A DNA stretch of 64,000 nucleotides. Source: Elusimicrobiota bacterium (GTDB lineage: Bacteria; Elusimicrobiota; Elusimicrobia; UBA1565; UBA9628). Position numbers and translations under genes: made by a program. The notes below the pieces were generated by a model. That model saw nothing but the letters and a program-made list of their open reading frames with translations. It was not told the DNA's origin and ran no database searches. Where the stretch lies: assembly GCA_003151975.1 (NCBI GenBank), contig PLZD01000010.1, positions 201,261 through 265,260 of the forward strand, in the 5' to 3' direction. Position 1 is the first letter of the stretch. The number at the start of each line of letters is the position of its first letter. Below, one piece after another: positions 42,939 through 55,536 of the stretch.

Positions 42939-44015
42939 ATGATATCGATGAGCGAACTGTTTCTTCTCATGCACGAGCGCGGCGCCTCGGACCTGCACCT
43001 GACCGTCGGCGCTCCTCCGACTTTGCGCATCGACGGCCAGCTGGTTCCGACCCCATTCGAGAAGCTCACCCACGAGACCTCGCAAAGCCTCATCTTCTCG
43101 CTTCTGACCGAGCAGCAGCGCCAAAAATACGAGGCCACCAACGAGCTCGACCTCGCCTTCGGCCTGAAAGGCATCGGCCGCCTGCGCATGAACATCTACC
43201 GGCAGCGCGGCGCCGTCGGGGCCGCGGTGCGCTCGATTCCCGGCTCGTTTAAGTCCTTCGAGGAGATCGGCCTGCCGCAAGTCGTCTATGAGATCATGAA
43301 AATCCCCAAGGGCCTCGTCCTCGTGACGGGACCTACGGGCTCAGGTAAATCCACCACGCTCGCGAGCATGATCGACTACATCAACGAGCACCGCTCGGCG
43401 CACATCGTCACCGTCGAGGATCCCATCGAGTACGTCCACCAGCACAAGAAGTGCCTGATCAACCAACGCGAAGTGGGCCAGGACTCCGAGAGTTTCGCGG
43501 CGGCCTTGAAGTTCGTGCTGCGCCAGGACCCCAATGTCATCCTGATCGGCGAGCTTCGCGACCTCGAGACGATTTCGGCCGCGCTGACCATAGCGGAGAC
43601 GGGCCACCTGGTCTTCGCGACCCTGCACACGACCGACTGCGCCCAGACCATCAACCGCATCATCGACGTCTTCCCTCAGCACCAGATCGAGCAGGTGCGC
43701 GTGCAGCTTTCGTTCGTGCTGCAGGCCATTCTCTGCCAGCAGCTCGTGCCGCACGCCTCGGGCACGGGCCGGGTCCTTGCGTGCGAGATACTCATGGTCA
43801 CCTCGGCCATCCGCAACCTCGTGCGCGAGCAGAAGGTCGAGCAGATCCAGCTGGCCATCCAGACCGGCGCCAAATTCGGCATGCAGACGATGAACCAGGG
43901 CTTGGCCGACCTCTATCGCGGACAGAGAGCCACTTTCCAGGAAGTCATGGCGCGCTCGTTAGACCCGGAAGACTTGAGACGGCTCCTTCAAAAGGGCCAG
44001 CCCGTGCCGAATTAA
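42939..44015 (+). CDS. pilT: Type IV pilus retraction ATPase PilT
   Basis: ASDLHL, GPTGSGKSTTLAS, AIRNLVRE and GMQTM motifs. Confidence 0.95.
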   Translation: MISMSELFLLMHERGASDLHLTVGAPPTLRIDGQLVPTPFEKLTHETSQSLIFSLLTEQQRQKYEATNELDLAFGLKGIGRLRMNIYRQRGAVGAAVRSIPGSFKSFEEIGLPQVVYEIMKIPKGLVLVTGPTGSGKSTTLASMIDYINEHRSAHIVTVEDPIEYVHQHKKCLINQREVGQDSESFAAALKFVLRQDPNVILIGELRDLETISAALTIAETGHLVFATLHTTDCAQTINRIIDVFPQHQIEQVRVQLSFVLQAILCQQLVPHASGTGRVLACEILMVTSAIRNLVREQKVEQIQLAIQTGAKFGMQTMNQGLADLYRGQRATFQEVMARSLDPEDLRRLLQKGQPVPN

Positions 44016-44039
44016 GTACACTGAAGACAGAGGTGTCAT

Positions 44040-45275
44040 ATGCCCGCGTTCACTTATAAAGCTAAAGGCGCCGACGGCGCAGTCACGCAAGGCAGCATCG
44101 AGGCGCAGGATCAGAGAGCCGCCACCGATCGCCTGCGCTCCCAGAAGCTCGTCATCCTCGAGATCGGCGAAAAGCAGAGCAGCCCGCTCGACGCCGTCTT
44201 TAAAATGTTCAAGTCGAAGGGCCACGTCACCTCGAGTGACCTCTCGCTTTTCTCGCGCCAGCTCTCGACGCTGGTCGGCGCGGGCGTGCCGATCGTGCAG
44301 GGCCTCGGCATTCTGGAGAGCCAGGCCGAGAACCCGGCCTTCAAGGAAGTGCTGGGCGCCGTGCGCGGCGACATCGAAAGCGGCTTGTCGATTTCCGATG
44401 CGCTTAAGAAGCATCCCGACGCCTTCCCCGACCTGTATTGCTCGATGATCAAAGCCGGCGAGCTCGGCGGTATTCTGGACACCATTCTCGAACGCCTGAC
44501 CACGTACCTGGAAAACTCCGAGGCGCTTAAGGCCAAGGTCAAATCGGCGATGATGTACCCGGCCATCGTCTTGAGCATCTGCGCGGCCGTGACCGTGTTT
44601 CTGATGGTCTTCGTCATCCCGACCTTCAAGAACATCTTCGCGAGCTTCGGAGCGGCGCTCCCGCCGCTCACGCAAGGCCTCATCGACGTCTCCGACTTCA
44701 TGAAGCACTACTTCCCGGTCGTCATCGCGACGCCGATCGTCGGCTTCAAGGCCTTCACCTGGGCCTACAAGAAAAAGCCCGCCTTTACGAAGTGGGTCGA
44801 CGGCCAGACGCTCAAGGCGCCCATATTCGGCATCATCCTGAAGAAAGTCGCGGTCGCCAAGTTCACCCGCACGCTGGGCACGCTGGTGAAATCGGGCGTA
44901 CCGATTCTGCAGGCCCTTGAGACCGTGGCCCAGACCGCGGGCAACGTGGTCATTTCGGACGCGATCCTGCTCACGCGCGAGTCGATCCGCGAGGGCGGAC
45001 ATCTTTCCGATCCGCTCAAGAAGTCAGGCATCTTCCCGAACATGGTCACCTCGATGATCTCCGTCGGCGAGGAGACCGGCTCGCTCGACATCATGCTGTC
45101 CAAGATCGCGGACTTCTACGACATGGAGGTCGACGCCGCGGTGAAGGGCTTGACCTCGCTCATCGAGCCGCTGGTCATCGTCGTCATGGGTCTCGTCATC
45201 GGAACGATCGTCGTCGCGATGTTCATGCCCATGTTCGGCCTCGGCGAACTGGCCGGCAACATGGAAGGCAAGTAG
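44040..45275 (+). CDS. pilC: Type IV pilus inner-membrane platform protein PilC (GspF family)
   Basis: FSRQLSTLVGAGVP, AGELGG, SAMMYP and VGEETGSLD motifs. Confidence 0.95.
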   Translation: MPAFTYKAKGADGAVTQGSIEAQDQRAATDRLRSQKLVILEIGEKQSSPLDAVFKMFKSKGHVTSSDLSLFSRQLSTLVGAGVPIVQGLGILESQAENPAFKEVLGAVRGDIESGLSISDALKKHPDAFPDLYCSMIKAGELGGILDTILERLTTYLENSEALKAKVKSAMMYPAIVLSICAAVTVFLMVFVIPTFKNIFASFGAALPPLTQGLIDVSDFMKHYFPVVIATPIVGFKAFTWAYKKKPAFTKWVDGQTLKAPIFGIILKKVAVAKFTRTLGTLVKSGVPILQALETVAQTAGNVVISDAILLTRESIREGGHLSDPLKKSGIFPNMVTSMISVGEETGSLDIMLSKIADFYDMEVDAAVKGLTSLIEPLVIVVMGLVIGTIVVAMFMPMFGLGELAGNMEGK

Positions 45276-45297
45276 GCCGGCGCCCATCGGAGCCGGC

Positions 45298-45777
45298 GTG
45301 ATTGTCGCCGCGGTGTTCTCGATCCTGATCTCGGCGCACTCCGCCGCGGCCAGCGGCATGACGCCGTGCGGCATGTTCAGGACGGGCACGGGCGGCCGGT
45401 ACAATATCGGCGACGCCTACGCGGCCGCGGATCTCGTCGCGATCGGCCAAGTGATCCCTAAGTCGAGCATCACGCTGCGCATCAGCAAGAAAATCAAGGG
45501 CGGCGAAAAGAGTACAGACGTTGCCCTGACCGTTCCGACGTGCCAGGGCACGGCTTGCAGCGGCGGCTTCTCCGTGATGCCCGGCGTCGATCTCTTGTTT
45601 CTGCTCAAGCGCCTGCCGAACGGCGTCTACGACGGCGTCTCCGGCAACGGCAATTTCTCGTGCCCGACGGTGTTCGAGGTCAAAGACGGCGCCGCGCTGA
45701 TCGCGAAGAAAAAGATCGCGGTGAAATCGCTTAGGAAGTATCTCGAGTCGAAGCCTGAGCCGATTCCGATGTATTAG
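45298..45777 (+). CDS. Secreted Cys-containing hypothetical protein
   Basis: Signal peptide, four Cys and host-like codon usage. Confidence 0.65.
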   Translation: MIVAAVFSILISAHSAAASGMTPCGMFRTGTGGRYNIGDAYAAADLVAIGQVIPKSSITLRISKKIKGGEKSTDVALTVPTCQGTACSGGFSVMPGVDLLFLLKRLPNGVYDGVSGNGNFSCPTVFEVKDGAALIAKKKIAVKSLRKYLESKPEPIPMY

Positions 45778-46514
45778 CGCTTGGCGCGCAAAACGAACAC
45801 GCCGTCGCGCACGCCGGGGCCAAGCTCGGGGTGGATCATCGCGTCGATTATCTTGAACGGCGAGCGCGCGACCAAGGCTTCCCACTGCGGCAGATCGTAG
45901 CTGCGCAAATCATAGGCCGATTTAAGCACCTTGGACTTGCCGGCTTCCTTCAAGGTCAAGAAGTGGAGGATTTTCTCGAGCCGCTTCTTTCTTTCGGGAG
46001 CAATAGAGATCATTACATGATCGATGGCGCGCTTGCCCTCGCGCGCGTCCCAAGTCTCCTCGTCGTCCTGCTGGCCGTCGTAATCGGACAAGTCGAACTG
46101 AACGATGTAAATCCCGCCCGGGCGTAATGAGCGAGCCGTCAAAGCCAGATGCCGCAGCGCGTCCGCGTCGGACATCAGATGCCGGAACGTGCCGATCAGG
46201 TTGAATGCGAGATCAAACGACTCCGGCTCGCAGAAGCGCGTCATGCCCGACTTGATCAGCCGAGCATGGCGATTGCGCTTGCGCGCGAACGCGAGCGCGC
46301 GCTCGTTGATGTCGTAGCCCGTGACTCGAAACCCGCGCGCCTGGAAGAACTTCAGCAGGCGGCCCGTGCCGCAGGCGGGCTCGAGCACCTCCTTGCCGCC
46401 GTTGCCGTGCAGGCGGAACAGATCGAGGACCAGGCTCGCCTCCTCCTTGGTGCCCGACTCGTGCAGCAAGTCGTACCAGGCCGGCTCGTCGTAAAGCGCG
46501 GTCTCAATTCCCAT
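45774..46514 (-). CDS. Class I SAM-dependent methyltransferase
   Basis: VLEPACGTGR and LRPGGIY motifs. Confidence 0.9.
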   Translation of the reverse strand: MGIETALYDEPAWYDLLHESGTKEEASLVLDLFRLHGNGGKEVLEPACGTGRLLKFFQARGFRVTGYDINERALAFARKRNRHARLIKSGMTRFCEPESFDLAFNLIGTFRHLMSDADALRHLALTARSLRPGGIYIVQFDLSDYDGQQDDEETWDAREGKRAIDHVMISIAPERKKRLEKILHFLTLKEAGKSKVLKSAYDLRSYDLPQWEALVARSPFKIIDAMIHPELGPGVRDGVFVLRAKR

Positions 46515-47808
46515 CGAAGAGTGCCTTCTTTCGCAGCAGGCGGTGGTAGGTGATGCCGAAGCGATGCGCCTCGTCGCGCAGGCGCTGCAAAAGCTTCAAC
46601 GCCGGCCGGTCGCGCTCCATGATGATCGACTCGGACTTTCCCGGCATGAAGACTTCCTCGATGCGCTTGGCCAAAGACGCGATCGGCAGCCGGACGCCCG
46701 CGGCCTGCAGCGCTCCCAATGCCGCCGAAAGCTGGCCCTTGCCGCCGTCGATCAGCACGAGATCGGGCATGCCGCCCTCGCGCTTGAGCCGTACGTAGCG
46801 CCGGCGCACGACTTCGGCCATCGACTTGAAGTCGTCGATGCCGACGACCTCGCGAATCTTGAACTTGCGGTAGTGATCCTTGTGCGGCTCGCCGCCCTTG
46901 AAGCAGACCATCGAGGCGACGGTTTGATGTCCCTGAAAATGCGAAATATCGAAGCATTCGATGTGAAAGGGAGGGGAATTGAGACCGAGCGCTTTTTGCA
47001 AATCACTGACGGCCTCCGACGAGGCGATCTGGCCCGCGACATCTTCTTCTTTAACGGCTTGCACGCGCACGCGCTCGCCCATCTGCTCGATGGCGCGGAT
47101 GTTGTCGCGCAGGCGCGCCGCCCGTTCGTACTCAAGCTTGGATGAGGCAGACTTCATCTCCGACTCGAACTGGCCCTTGAGCTTGGGGTATTCTCCCTTG
47201 AAGAAGAGCACCGCGCGGTCGGCGATGCCGCGATAATCTTGCGGCGAGATCTTGCCCGCGCACGGCGCCGGGCACTCGCCCGTGTGATAGTAAAGGCAGG
47301 AGGTAATCTTGCGCTTATCGAGCGGCTTGGTCGTCGAGAAATCCCACCGACATGGCCTTAGCGGAAAAAATTGCTGGCGCCAAAGATAATTGAGCAGGCT
47401 CTTGATCGGGCCCGCCTGAGGATACGGCCCGAAATAAGCGGCGCCGTCCTTGATCTTCTTGCGCGTCATCAGAACGCGCGGGAAATCCTCGCCGAGCGTG
47501 ATCTTCACGTAAGGGTAGGACTTGTTGTCCTTCCACATCGAGTTGAAGAACGGCTGATGGCGGTAGATGAGCCGCCGCTCCAGAATGAGGGCTTCGCGCT
47601 CGGAGGCGCAGGGGATATAGTCGATCTTGCGGATGAGCGGAGCCAGGATCGCGACCTTGAGGTCGTCCTTGTTGGGATTGAAGTACTGCGCGACGCGCTT
47701 GGCCAGATCGATGGCCTTTCCTATATATAGGATGAGGCCCGACGCGTCGCGCATGATGTAGACGCCGCAGGCGTGGGGCAGATGCGAGCGGTCGAGGGCC
47801 GGTCTCAT
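46504..47808 (-). CDS. uvrC: Excinuclease ABC subunit C (short form lacking C-terminal HhH)
   Basis: GVY...YIGKA GIY-YIG domain, UVR domain, IECFDISH, DGGKGQL and RDEAHRF. Confidence 0.93.
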   Translation of the reverse strand: MRPALDRSHLPHACGVYIMRDASGLILYIGKAIDLAKRVAQYFNPNKDDLKVAILAPLIRKIDYIPCASEREALILERRLIYRHQPFFNSMWKDNKSYPYVKITLGEDFPRVLMTRKKIKDGAAYFGPYPQAGPIKSLLNYLWRQQFFPLRPCRWDFSTTKPLDKRKITSCLYYHTGECPAPCAGKISPQDYRGIADRAVLFFKGEYPKLKGQFESEMKSASSKLEYERAARLRDNIRAIEQMGERVRVQAVKEEDVAGQIASSEAVSDLQKALGLNSPPFHIECFDISHFQGHQTVASMVCFKGGEPHKDHYRKFKIREVVGIDDFKSMAEVVRRRYVRLKREGGMPDLVLIDGGKGQLSAALGALQAAGVRLPIASLAKRIEEVFMPGKSESIIMERDRPALKLLQRLRDEAHRFGITYHRLLRKKALFDGN

Positions 47809-47832
47809 AACCTCAGTATAGTAGAATGGCGC

Positions 47833-49347
47833 GTGGCTCGTCCTTCTCGAATTCAGCGCGCGGATGCGGTTTTCTTGGCGGCTCTCGCCATCGGCCTGCT
47901 GATCCTTTGGCGCACGGCCTTCATCGAGTCGCATTGGGACGAGGACGCGGGCATGGCGATCGGCTGGCTGCTCTCGAAAGGCTGGCGGCTCTACTCGGAT
48001 GTCTTCTCGCACCACATGCCGCTCGACTACATCCCGAGCTGGGCGATCAGCTGTTTGTTCGGGCCGTCGCAGGCGCTGTGCCGCGCGTTCATGATCGGCG
48101 GCTGGGCGCTGCTTTGCTGCGGCTTGTGGCGGCTCGAGAAGACTCCCGCGATACTTTTCACTTTGCTCTCATCGCTGTGGTTGACTTATTGGATGGGCCA
48201 GATGCTCCTCGTCGAAAATCTTTGGGCGGGCTTTGCCGTGCTTCTGTTGGCCCTGGCTTCGTCGCCCGCGGCGAAAATCAAAGCGGCCGGCGCGGGAGCC
48301 TTGCTTGGAGCTTTGCTCTGCTCGTCTTTGACCTGCGGTCCGGTCTTTCTCCTTTTGCTTTTCGAATTTCTGCGCCAGCCCGGCTGGCGCAAATTCTTCC
48401 GCCAATTCGCGGCGGGATTCGCGGGCTGGATGTTCGTCTTTCTCGCGTGGTCTTGGAGCCACGCGGACCTGGGCCTCTGGTACACGGATGCCGTGCGCTT
48501 CAATAATTTCAGCTACGCGTTCTTCTCGGGCCTCAAGCCCGGCGAGGCGGGCGGCGGGTTGATGCTGCAAGCGCTCGCTAAAAATATCGGGTACTTCGCC
48601 TCGACTTTAAGCTGGAACAATCTCGAGCAATACTTCGAGGGGATCTTGCGCCTCGCGTGGCTCGGCTGGATCGCCTGGACGGCGGCGCAGAAGCGCTGGC
48701 GTGAGGCCGCGTGGTGGGCGGCGTTGGCGCTGGCGCTGCGCCTGCGCGTCGAGCATTTCCTCTACACGCCGCCGTTTCACGGCGCGCCGTTTTTCTTGGC
48801 GGGGACTTGGCTCTTGTCGCGCGCGCTCGTACTCGTTTGGGATGGATTGCGCGCGCGCGCAAAGACCATGGCCTGGGCCTGGGCCTGGGCCTGGGCCTGG
48901 GCCGCGGCGTGCGCGGTCTTGCTCGCGGCGACTTTGGTCCCGACGGCTCTGGCGACCGCGTCCTTGTCGGCCTATGACCGCGACGGGGGCGGGGACTCGG
49001 CGATCGTCGATGCGATCAAGAAAGCCACGGGACCTGAGGACGCCATCGCCGTGCTGCCAATGTATCCCAAGCTATACATCGAAAGCGGGCGCGTGCCGGC
49101 CACGCCGAGCGTGTTCTATCTGCCGTGGCAGGCCGCGTGGCCGGAGCAGCACGAGCGCACGCTCGCGGCGCTAAGAGATTGTAGTCCGAAAATCGTGGTG
49201 ATCTACGACACGAAGATTTGGGGCGTGCCTTGGAGCGAGTACGGCGCGGACATCGAGGCCTGGTTGCGGGAAAATTACCGCTCCGTCGGGAATTTTAAGG
49301 ACGCCCAGCTTTGGGTCCGCCGCGACCGTTTGACGCTGAGCCAATAA
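47833..49347 (+). CDS. Polytopic membrane protein, GT-C/PMT-like glycosyltransferase candidate
   Basis: WDED...GWRLYSDVFSHHMP N-terminal loop motif and many TMs. Confidence 0.7.
   Translation: MARPSRIQRADAVFLAALAIGLLILWRTAFIESHWDEDAGMAIGWLLSKGWRLYSDVFSHHMPLDYIPSWAISCLFGPSQALCRAFMIGGWALLCCGLWRLEKTPAILFTLLSSLWLTYWMGQMLLVENLWAGFAVLLLALASSPAAKIKAAGAGALLGALLCSSLTCGPVFLLLLFEFLRQPGWRKFFRQFAAGFAGWMFVFLAWSWSHADLGLWYTDAVRFNNFSYAFFSGLKPGEAGGGLMLQALAKNIGYFASTLSWNNLEQYFEGILRLAWLGWIAWTAAQKRWREAAWWAALALALRLRVEHFLYTPPFHGAPFFLAGTWLLSRALVLVWDGLRARAKTMAWAWAWAWAWAAACAVLLAATLVPTALATASLSAYDRDGGGDSAIVDAIKKATGPEDAIAVLPMYPKLYIESGRVPATPSVFYLPWQAAWPEQHERTLAALRDCSPKIVVIYDTKIWGVPWSEYGADIEAWLRENYRSVGNFKDAQLWVRRDRLTLSQ
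48871..48900 (+). repeat. (GCCTGG)5 in-frame microsatellite encoding (AW)5
   Basis: Read directly. Confidence 0.9.
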
Positions 49348-49368
49348 AAAAGGTCTAATATCCCCGTT

Positions 49369-49662
49369 ATGGCAAAAGTACAGAAGTCAAAGCGCCACCG
49401 CTCCGCGCTCAAAGCTCACCGCCAGTCGGTGAAGCATAACCTGCGAAACCGCCGGATCAAGAAGGGCGTGCGCGAAGCCGTGCGCGCCGTCGCCGACGCG
49501 GCCTCAGCCAAGGATACGGTCAAGATGTCCGAGATCCTGTCGAAGGCTTCGTCCGCTCTTGATAAGGCGGCCCGCACGGGCGCCATTCACTGGAAAGCGG
49601 CGGCCCGCAAAAAGTCCCGCCTGGCTTACCGCGCGGCTCAGCTCGCCGCCGCTGGCAAATAG
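49369..49662 (+). CDS. rpsT: 30S ribosomal protein S20
   Basis: SALKAHRQS...N..IK and LDKAARTGAIHWKAAARKKSRL motifs. Confidence 0.95.
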   Translation: MAKVQKSKRHRSALKAHRQSVKHNLRNRRIKKGVREAVRAVADAASAKDTVKMSEILSKASSALDKAARTGAIHWKAAARKKSRLAYRAAQLAAAGK

Positions 49663-50669
49663 TCCGGCTTACTCAGGTCCACGATCAGCCGTTCGAGCTC
49701 GATCCTCGGGTCTAGCCACGCCTTTGACTTGAGGTCCACGTCGGTCTCGAGGCAGCGCTTGAGATCGCGCAATAGGCGCGCTTCCGAAAGCTTCTGGACT
49801 TGGGCGATGAAATCCTTGTCGAACCAGGCGTTGAGCCGCAGGTTTCGCAGGATCGCGTCGGGCGCAAGACCCGCCTTGAGCATGCGCTTGGCCTTGAGCT
49901 GCTTGGAGACCGCCGTGTTGATCTGATTGAGCGCGCGGAAGGCCTGCTCGTCGGCTTTGCCCTCGGAGAGCAGGCGGCGCGTCTGCGCGAGGCAGGCCTT
50001 CAAGTTGCGCGACTGAATCAGGCGCGAGAGCGCGAAGGGATCGGCAGCCTTGTGGTAGCCGAGCACGGCCAGCACATCCTGGCTTGTGATCTGCGGTCTC
50101 TTGCCGGAGTAAAGGATGGCTTTCTCAAGTTCCTGAATCAAAACGCCCCAGTCCGTGCCGGCCTCGGCCACGAGTGCCGCCGCGGCGTCGCCTTCGAGCG
50201 TCTTGTCGGCGGCCTTGGCGGCGGCTTTGAGCCTTTCGACCGCCTCGTCTTCGCGCAGCGCGGAAAAAGTGCAGAGCGTACCCGCAGCGCTCGCCGCTTT
50301 GACTAGAACGTCCTTGGCGTCGGGCTTCCGCTCGTCCGAAAAGAGGATCAAGGTCGTCGAGGCGAGAGGCTCCTTGAGATACTCGGCCAGGGCCGCGCGC
50401 GCCGCGGCCGGGATCTTGGGGTTTCTGACGATGACCAGCCTACGGTCGTTGAACACCGGCAAGGTCGCGCATTCCGTCACGACGGCCGCGGCTTCCTCGT
50501 CGGGATCGCCGGAGAATTCGCGAAGGTTGAAGGCGTCGGTCTTGAAGGCCGCCTCGATGATCTCGAGAGCCGCGGCTTTGGAAGCGGCCTCTTCTCCGAA
50601 TAGATAGTAGACGGGCTTGAGCTTGCCCGACTTGAAATCCTTGATGAGGTCTGCGGCCTTAAGTTCCAT
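49638..50669 (-). CDS. holA: DNA polymerase III subunit delta
   Basis: PVYYLFGEE, TLPVFNDRRLVIV and ELEK motifs; leuS-lptE-holA synteny. Confidence 0.9.
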   Translation of the reverse strand: MELKAADLIKDFKSGKLKPVYYLFGEEAASKAAALEIIEAAFKTDAFNLREFSGDPDEEAAAVVTECATLPVFNDRRLVIVRNPKIPAAARAALAEYLKEPLASTTLILFSDERKPDAKDVLVKAASAAGTLCTFSALREDEAVERLKAAAKAADKTLEGDAAAALVAEAGTDWGVLIQELEKAILYSGKRPQITSQDVLAVLGYHKAADPFALSRLIQSRNLKACLAQTRRLLSEGKADEQAFRALNQINTAVSKQLKAKRMLKAGLAPDAILRNLRLNAWFDKDFIAQVQKLSEARLLRDLKRCLETDVDLKSKAWLDPRIELERLIVDLSKPDYLPAAAS

Positions 50670-51224
50670 GCTGCGGGGTCTGGGGCTGCGCCGGGGGCTT
50701 CGCTTCCGGCGCCGGCTTCGGCGGCACCGAGAGGCCCCGGGCGACGCGATCGACGATGTCGCGCGAGAGAGCGTCCCAGATCAGCGCTTGGGCTCCGGGC
50801 TCATCGAGGCCGCCCGGCAAAGTCGCGGAGGCGTAGCTCTGCACGCCGTCCATGTCCCGTTCCTGCCAGATGACCTGCTTGCCTTTGCCGTCGAGCAGCT
50901 GCAGATCGACGCCCAGGCGCAGCTTGTAGGCCGTCGGATTTAGGTTCGAGTCGTATTGCGCGGGCTGAACGCTGTAGCGCTGGATGATCACGAGGATGAT
51001 GCGGTCGGACTTGCCCTCGGGCACCACGGGAAAGCGTCCTTCCCGGAGCGCCTCGTCGCGGATGGCTGAGGTCAGCTTGTCCTCGAGGCCGAACTGGGGG
51101 GACTTGTTGAGGGCGATGCGCACGGCCACCGTCGTTGTGGACGGCGGTTCGCGGCGCAGGAAGTCCGCGCAGCCGGCGTTGAATGCGCAGGAGGCGAAAA
51201 TCGCGAGAAGGCCTAAGCTTTTTT

Positions 51225-51228
<4 letters not shown>
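50659..51228 (-). CDS. lptE: LptE-family lipoprotein
   Basis: Lipobox NAGC; located between leuS and holA with ATGA overlap. Confidence 0.75.
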
Positions 51229-53738
<2,510 letters not shown>

Positions 53739-53812
53739 TCAGAGATTATATCAATATGAGGATGAGAGACACAGCGGTCCGAGCCGCCGAGGACTGTGGT
53801 ATGATGTGAGAT

Positions 53813-54310
53813 ATGCGGATAGCGCTTGCGCTGTGCGTTCTCGCCTTGACGTCGACGAGCTCTTGGGGCGCCGGCCTCTCCTCGTCCTGCCGGGAGGAAC
53901 TGGGCTCTTATTGCGGTTCGGAGCACGGCTTCCTCGACCGCCTGCGGTGCTTGGAGGGAAAGCGCGCCAAGCTGTCTGCGCCGTGCAAAGAGGCGCTCGA
54001 CCGCGAACATGCCGAGGGCGAGTCCTTCCGCTCCGACTGCAAGGCCGAGATCGGCGGCTCCTGCCTGAACCTCCAGGGGCGCGCGCTCATGGAATGCCTC
54101 GAGCGGCTTGGCGACAAGCTCGCAAAGCCCTGCGCCGACCGCGTCGCCGGCATGCACGCCGAGAGACGCTCGCGCCACGAGCGCATCCCGGCCGCCTGCC
54201 GCGAAGACGCGGAGAAGTCTTGCGGCGGGGCCGTCTCGGGCGGCATCAACGCCTGCCTCAAAGCCAACGCGGAAAAGATTTCCAAGAGCTGCAAGGACGC
54301 GCTCAAGTGA
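53813..54310 (+). CDS. Secreted cysteine-rich repeat protein (GLG1/Cys_rich_FGFR-like, three units)
   Basis: C..E....C.....CL.....KLS..C unit repeated three times; signal peptide. Confidence 0.8.
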   Translation: MRIALALCVLALTSTSSWGAGLSSSCREELGSYCGSEHGFLDRLRCLEGKRAKLSAPCKEALDREHAEGESFRSDCKAEIGGSCLNLQGRALMECLERLGDKLAKPCADRVAGMHAERRSRHERIPAACREDAEKSCGGAVSGGINACLKANAEKISKSCKDALK

Positions 54311-54993
54311 TGCGCTTCGCGGCGTTCCTAACGGTTTCCTGCATTGTCAGCGCGGCCTGCGCGCCCAAGCCCGTGGTCGCGATCAAGCCCGGCTTCGACT
54401 TCACGAAACTTGGCGCCGTCGCCCTGCTCGATTTCAGCGACGCGGCGGGGCAGTCAGGCTCGGGAGTCATCGTCAGCGAGTCGCTCGAGCCGTTCCTGCT
54501 CAAGGCTGGCTACGACCTCATCGAGCGCGCGCAAGTCGACAAGGTGCTCAACGAGCAAAGTTTCAGCCATACAGAAAACGTCGACCCGCAGACGGCCGAA
54601 TCTCTGGGCAAGGTCTTGGGTGTCAAAGCAGTGGTCCTCGGCACCGTGACCTCCATCACCCAGGCGACGTCCAACACCGTCATGCAGACCGTGCAGAACG
54701 TCAACTATCAGCCGGTCTACCAGACCGTGCAGTACACAGCACCCGACGGCTCGGTCCGCTCGCGCAGCGAGCTCAGCCAATACGACGTCGTCACGACCAA
54801 CGACCAGATTCCCGTCACCTACACGACGCCCGCCACCCTCGCGTTCTCGGCGCGGCTCGTTGACGCGGAGACAGGCTCGGTGTTGTGGACCGGCTCGGTC
54901 GCCAGCGACGGGGACAGCCTGTCCGAGGCCGCGACAAGCGGCTCGCAGCGGCTGGTCGCGGCGCTAAAGAAAGCCTGGCCCGTCGCGCGCTAG
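54310..54993 (+). CDS. CsgG/HfaB/GNA1162-like lipoprotein
   Basis: Lipobox SAAC; LIERAQVDKVLNEQ, LGKVLGV and ARLVDAETGSVLW motifs. Confidence 0.8.
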   Translation: MRFAAFLTVSCIVSAACAPKPVVAIKPGFDFTKLGAVALLDFSDAAGQSGSGVIVSESLEPFLLKAGYDLIERAQVDKVLNEQSFSHTENVDPQTAESLGKVLGVKAVVLGTVTSITQATSNTVMQTVQNVNYQPVYQTVQYTAPDGSVRSRSELSQYDVVTTNDQIPVTYTTPATLAFSARLVDAETGSVLWTGSVASDGDSLSEAATSGSQRLVAALKKAWPVAR

Positions 54994-55478
54994 CTGGGAC
55001 GAAAGACGCGCACAGACCTTCCCGCGGCGTCCTTGATCGGCGAGAGCTCCTCGAAGCGCAGGGCTTCGGAGCACAGCGCGCGCGCGCCGGCGCTCACGAG
55101 GATCGAGGACTCGGCCGCAAGCGACGACCGGCAAAGCGCGACGCTCATCTCCTGGTCTTCGGCGATGCCGATCGCGACCCGCAGGCCCACCGGGCCGAGC
55201 TTCGGATCGGCGGCCACGGATTTAATCTGTTTGAGGGCGGCGCGGCAGGCATGCAGCGCCGACTCGCTCGGCGTCTGCGATGAGATGCCGCCCCAGCTGG
55301 CGATGACCTGGTCGCCGAGCGCGCCTTCGAAGAAGCCCTGCTCCGCCTCGATGGCCTCGATCATCAGCGCCTTGAAGGACTTGAGCATGTCGGTCAGCTC
55401 GAGCGGGTCGCGATTTTTGGCGAGCTCGACGACGTTGTGTACGGCGGCGAAGTAGTGGATGGCGGCTGTACCCGTCAT
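54990..55478 (-). CDS. Degenerate class III adenylate/guanylate cyclase-like protein
   Basis: LGDQVIASWG, ALHACRAAL, LRVAIGI and ILVS motifs; first metal-binding Asp and GxxVNxAxR motif absent. Confidence 0.65.
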   Translation of the reverse strand: MTGTAAIHYFAAVHNVVELAKNRDPLELTDMLKSFKALMIEAIEAEQGFFEGALGDQVIASWGGISSQTPSESALHACRAALKQIKSVAADPKLGPVGLRVAIGIAEDQEMSVALCRSSLAAESSILVSAGARALCSEALRFEELSPIKDAAGRSVRVFRPS

Positions 55479-55536
55479 GGCGTTAGGAGGATTCTACCAA
55501 AGAGACTAGGGCCGCCGCCTTTTGGCATAATGGGGC

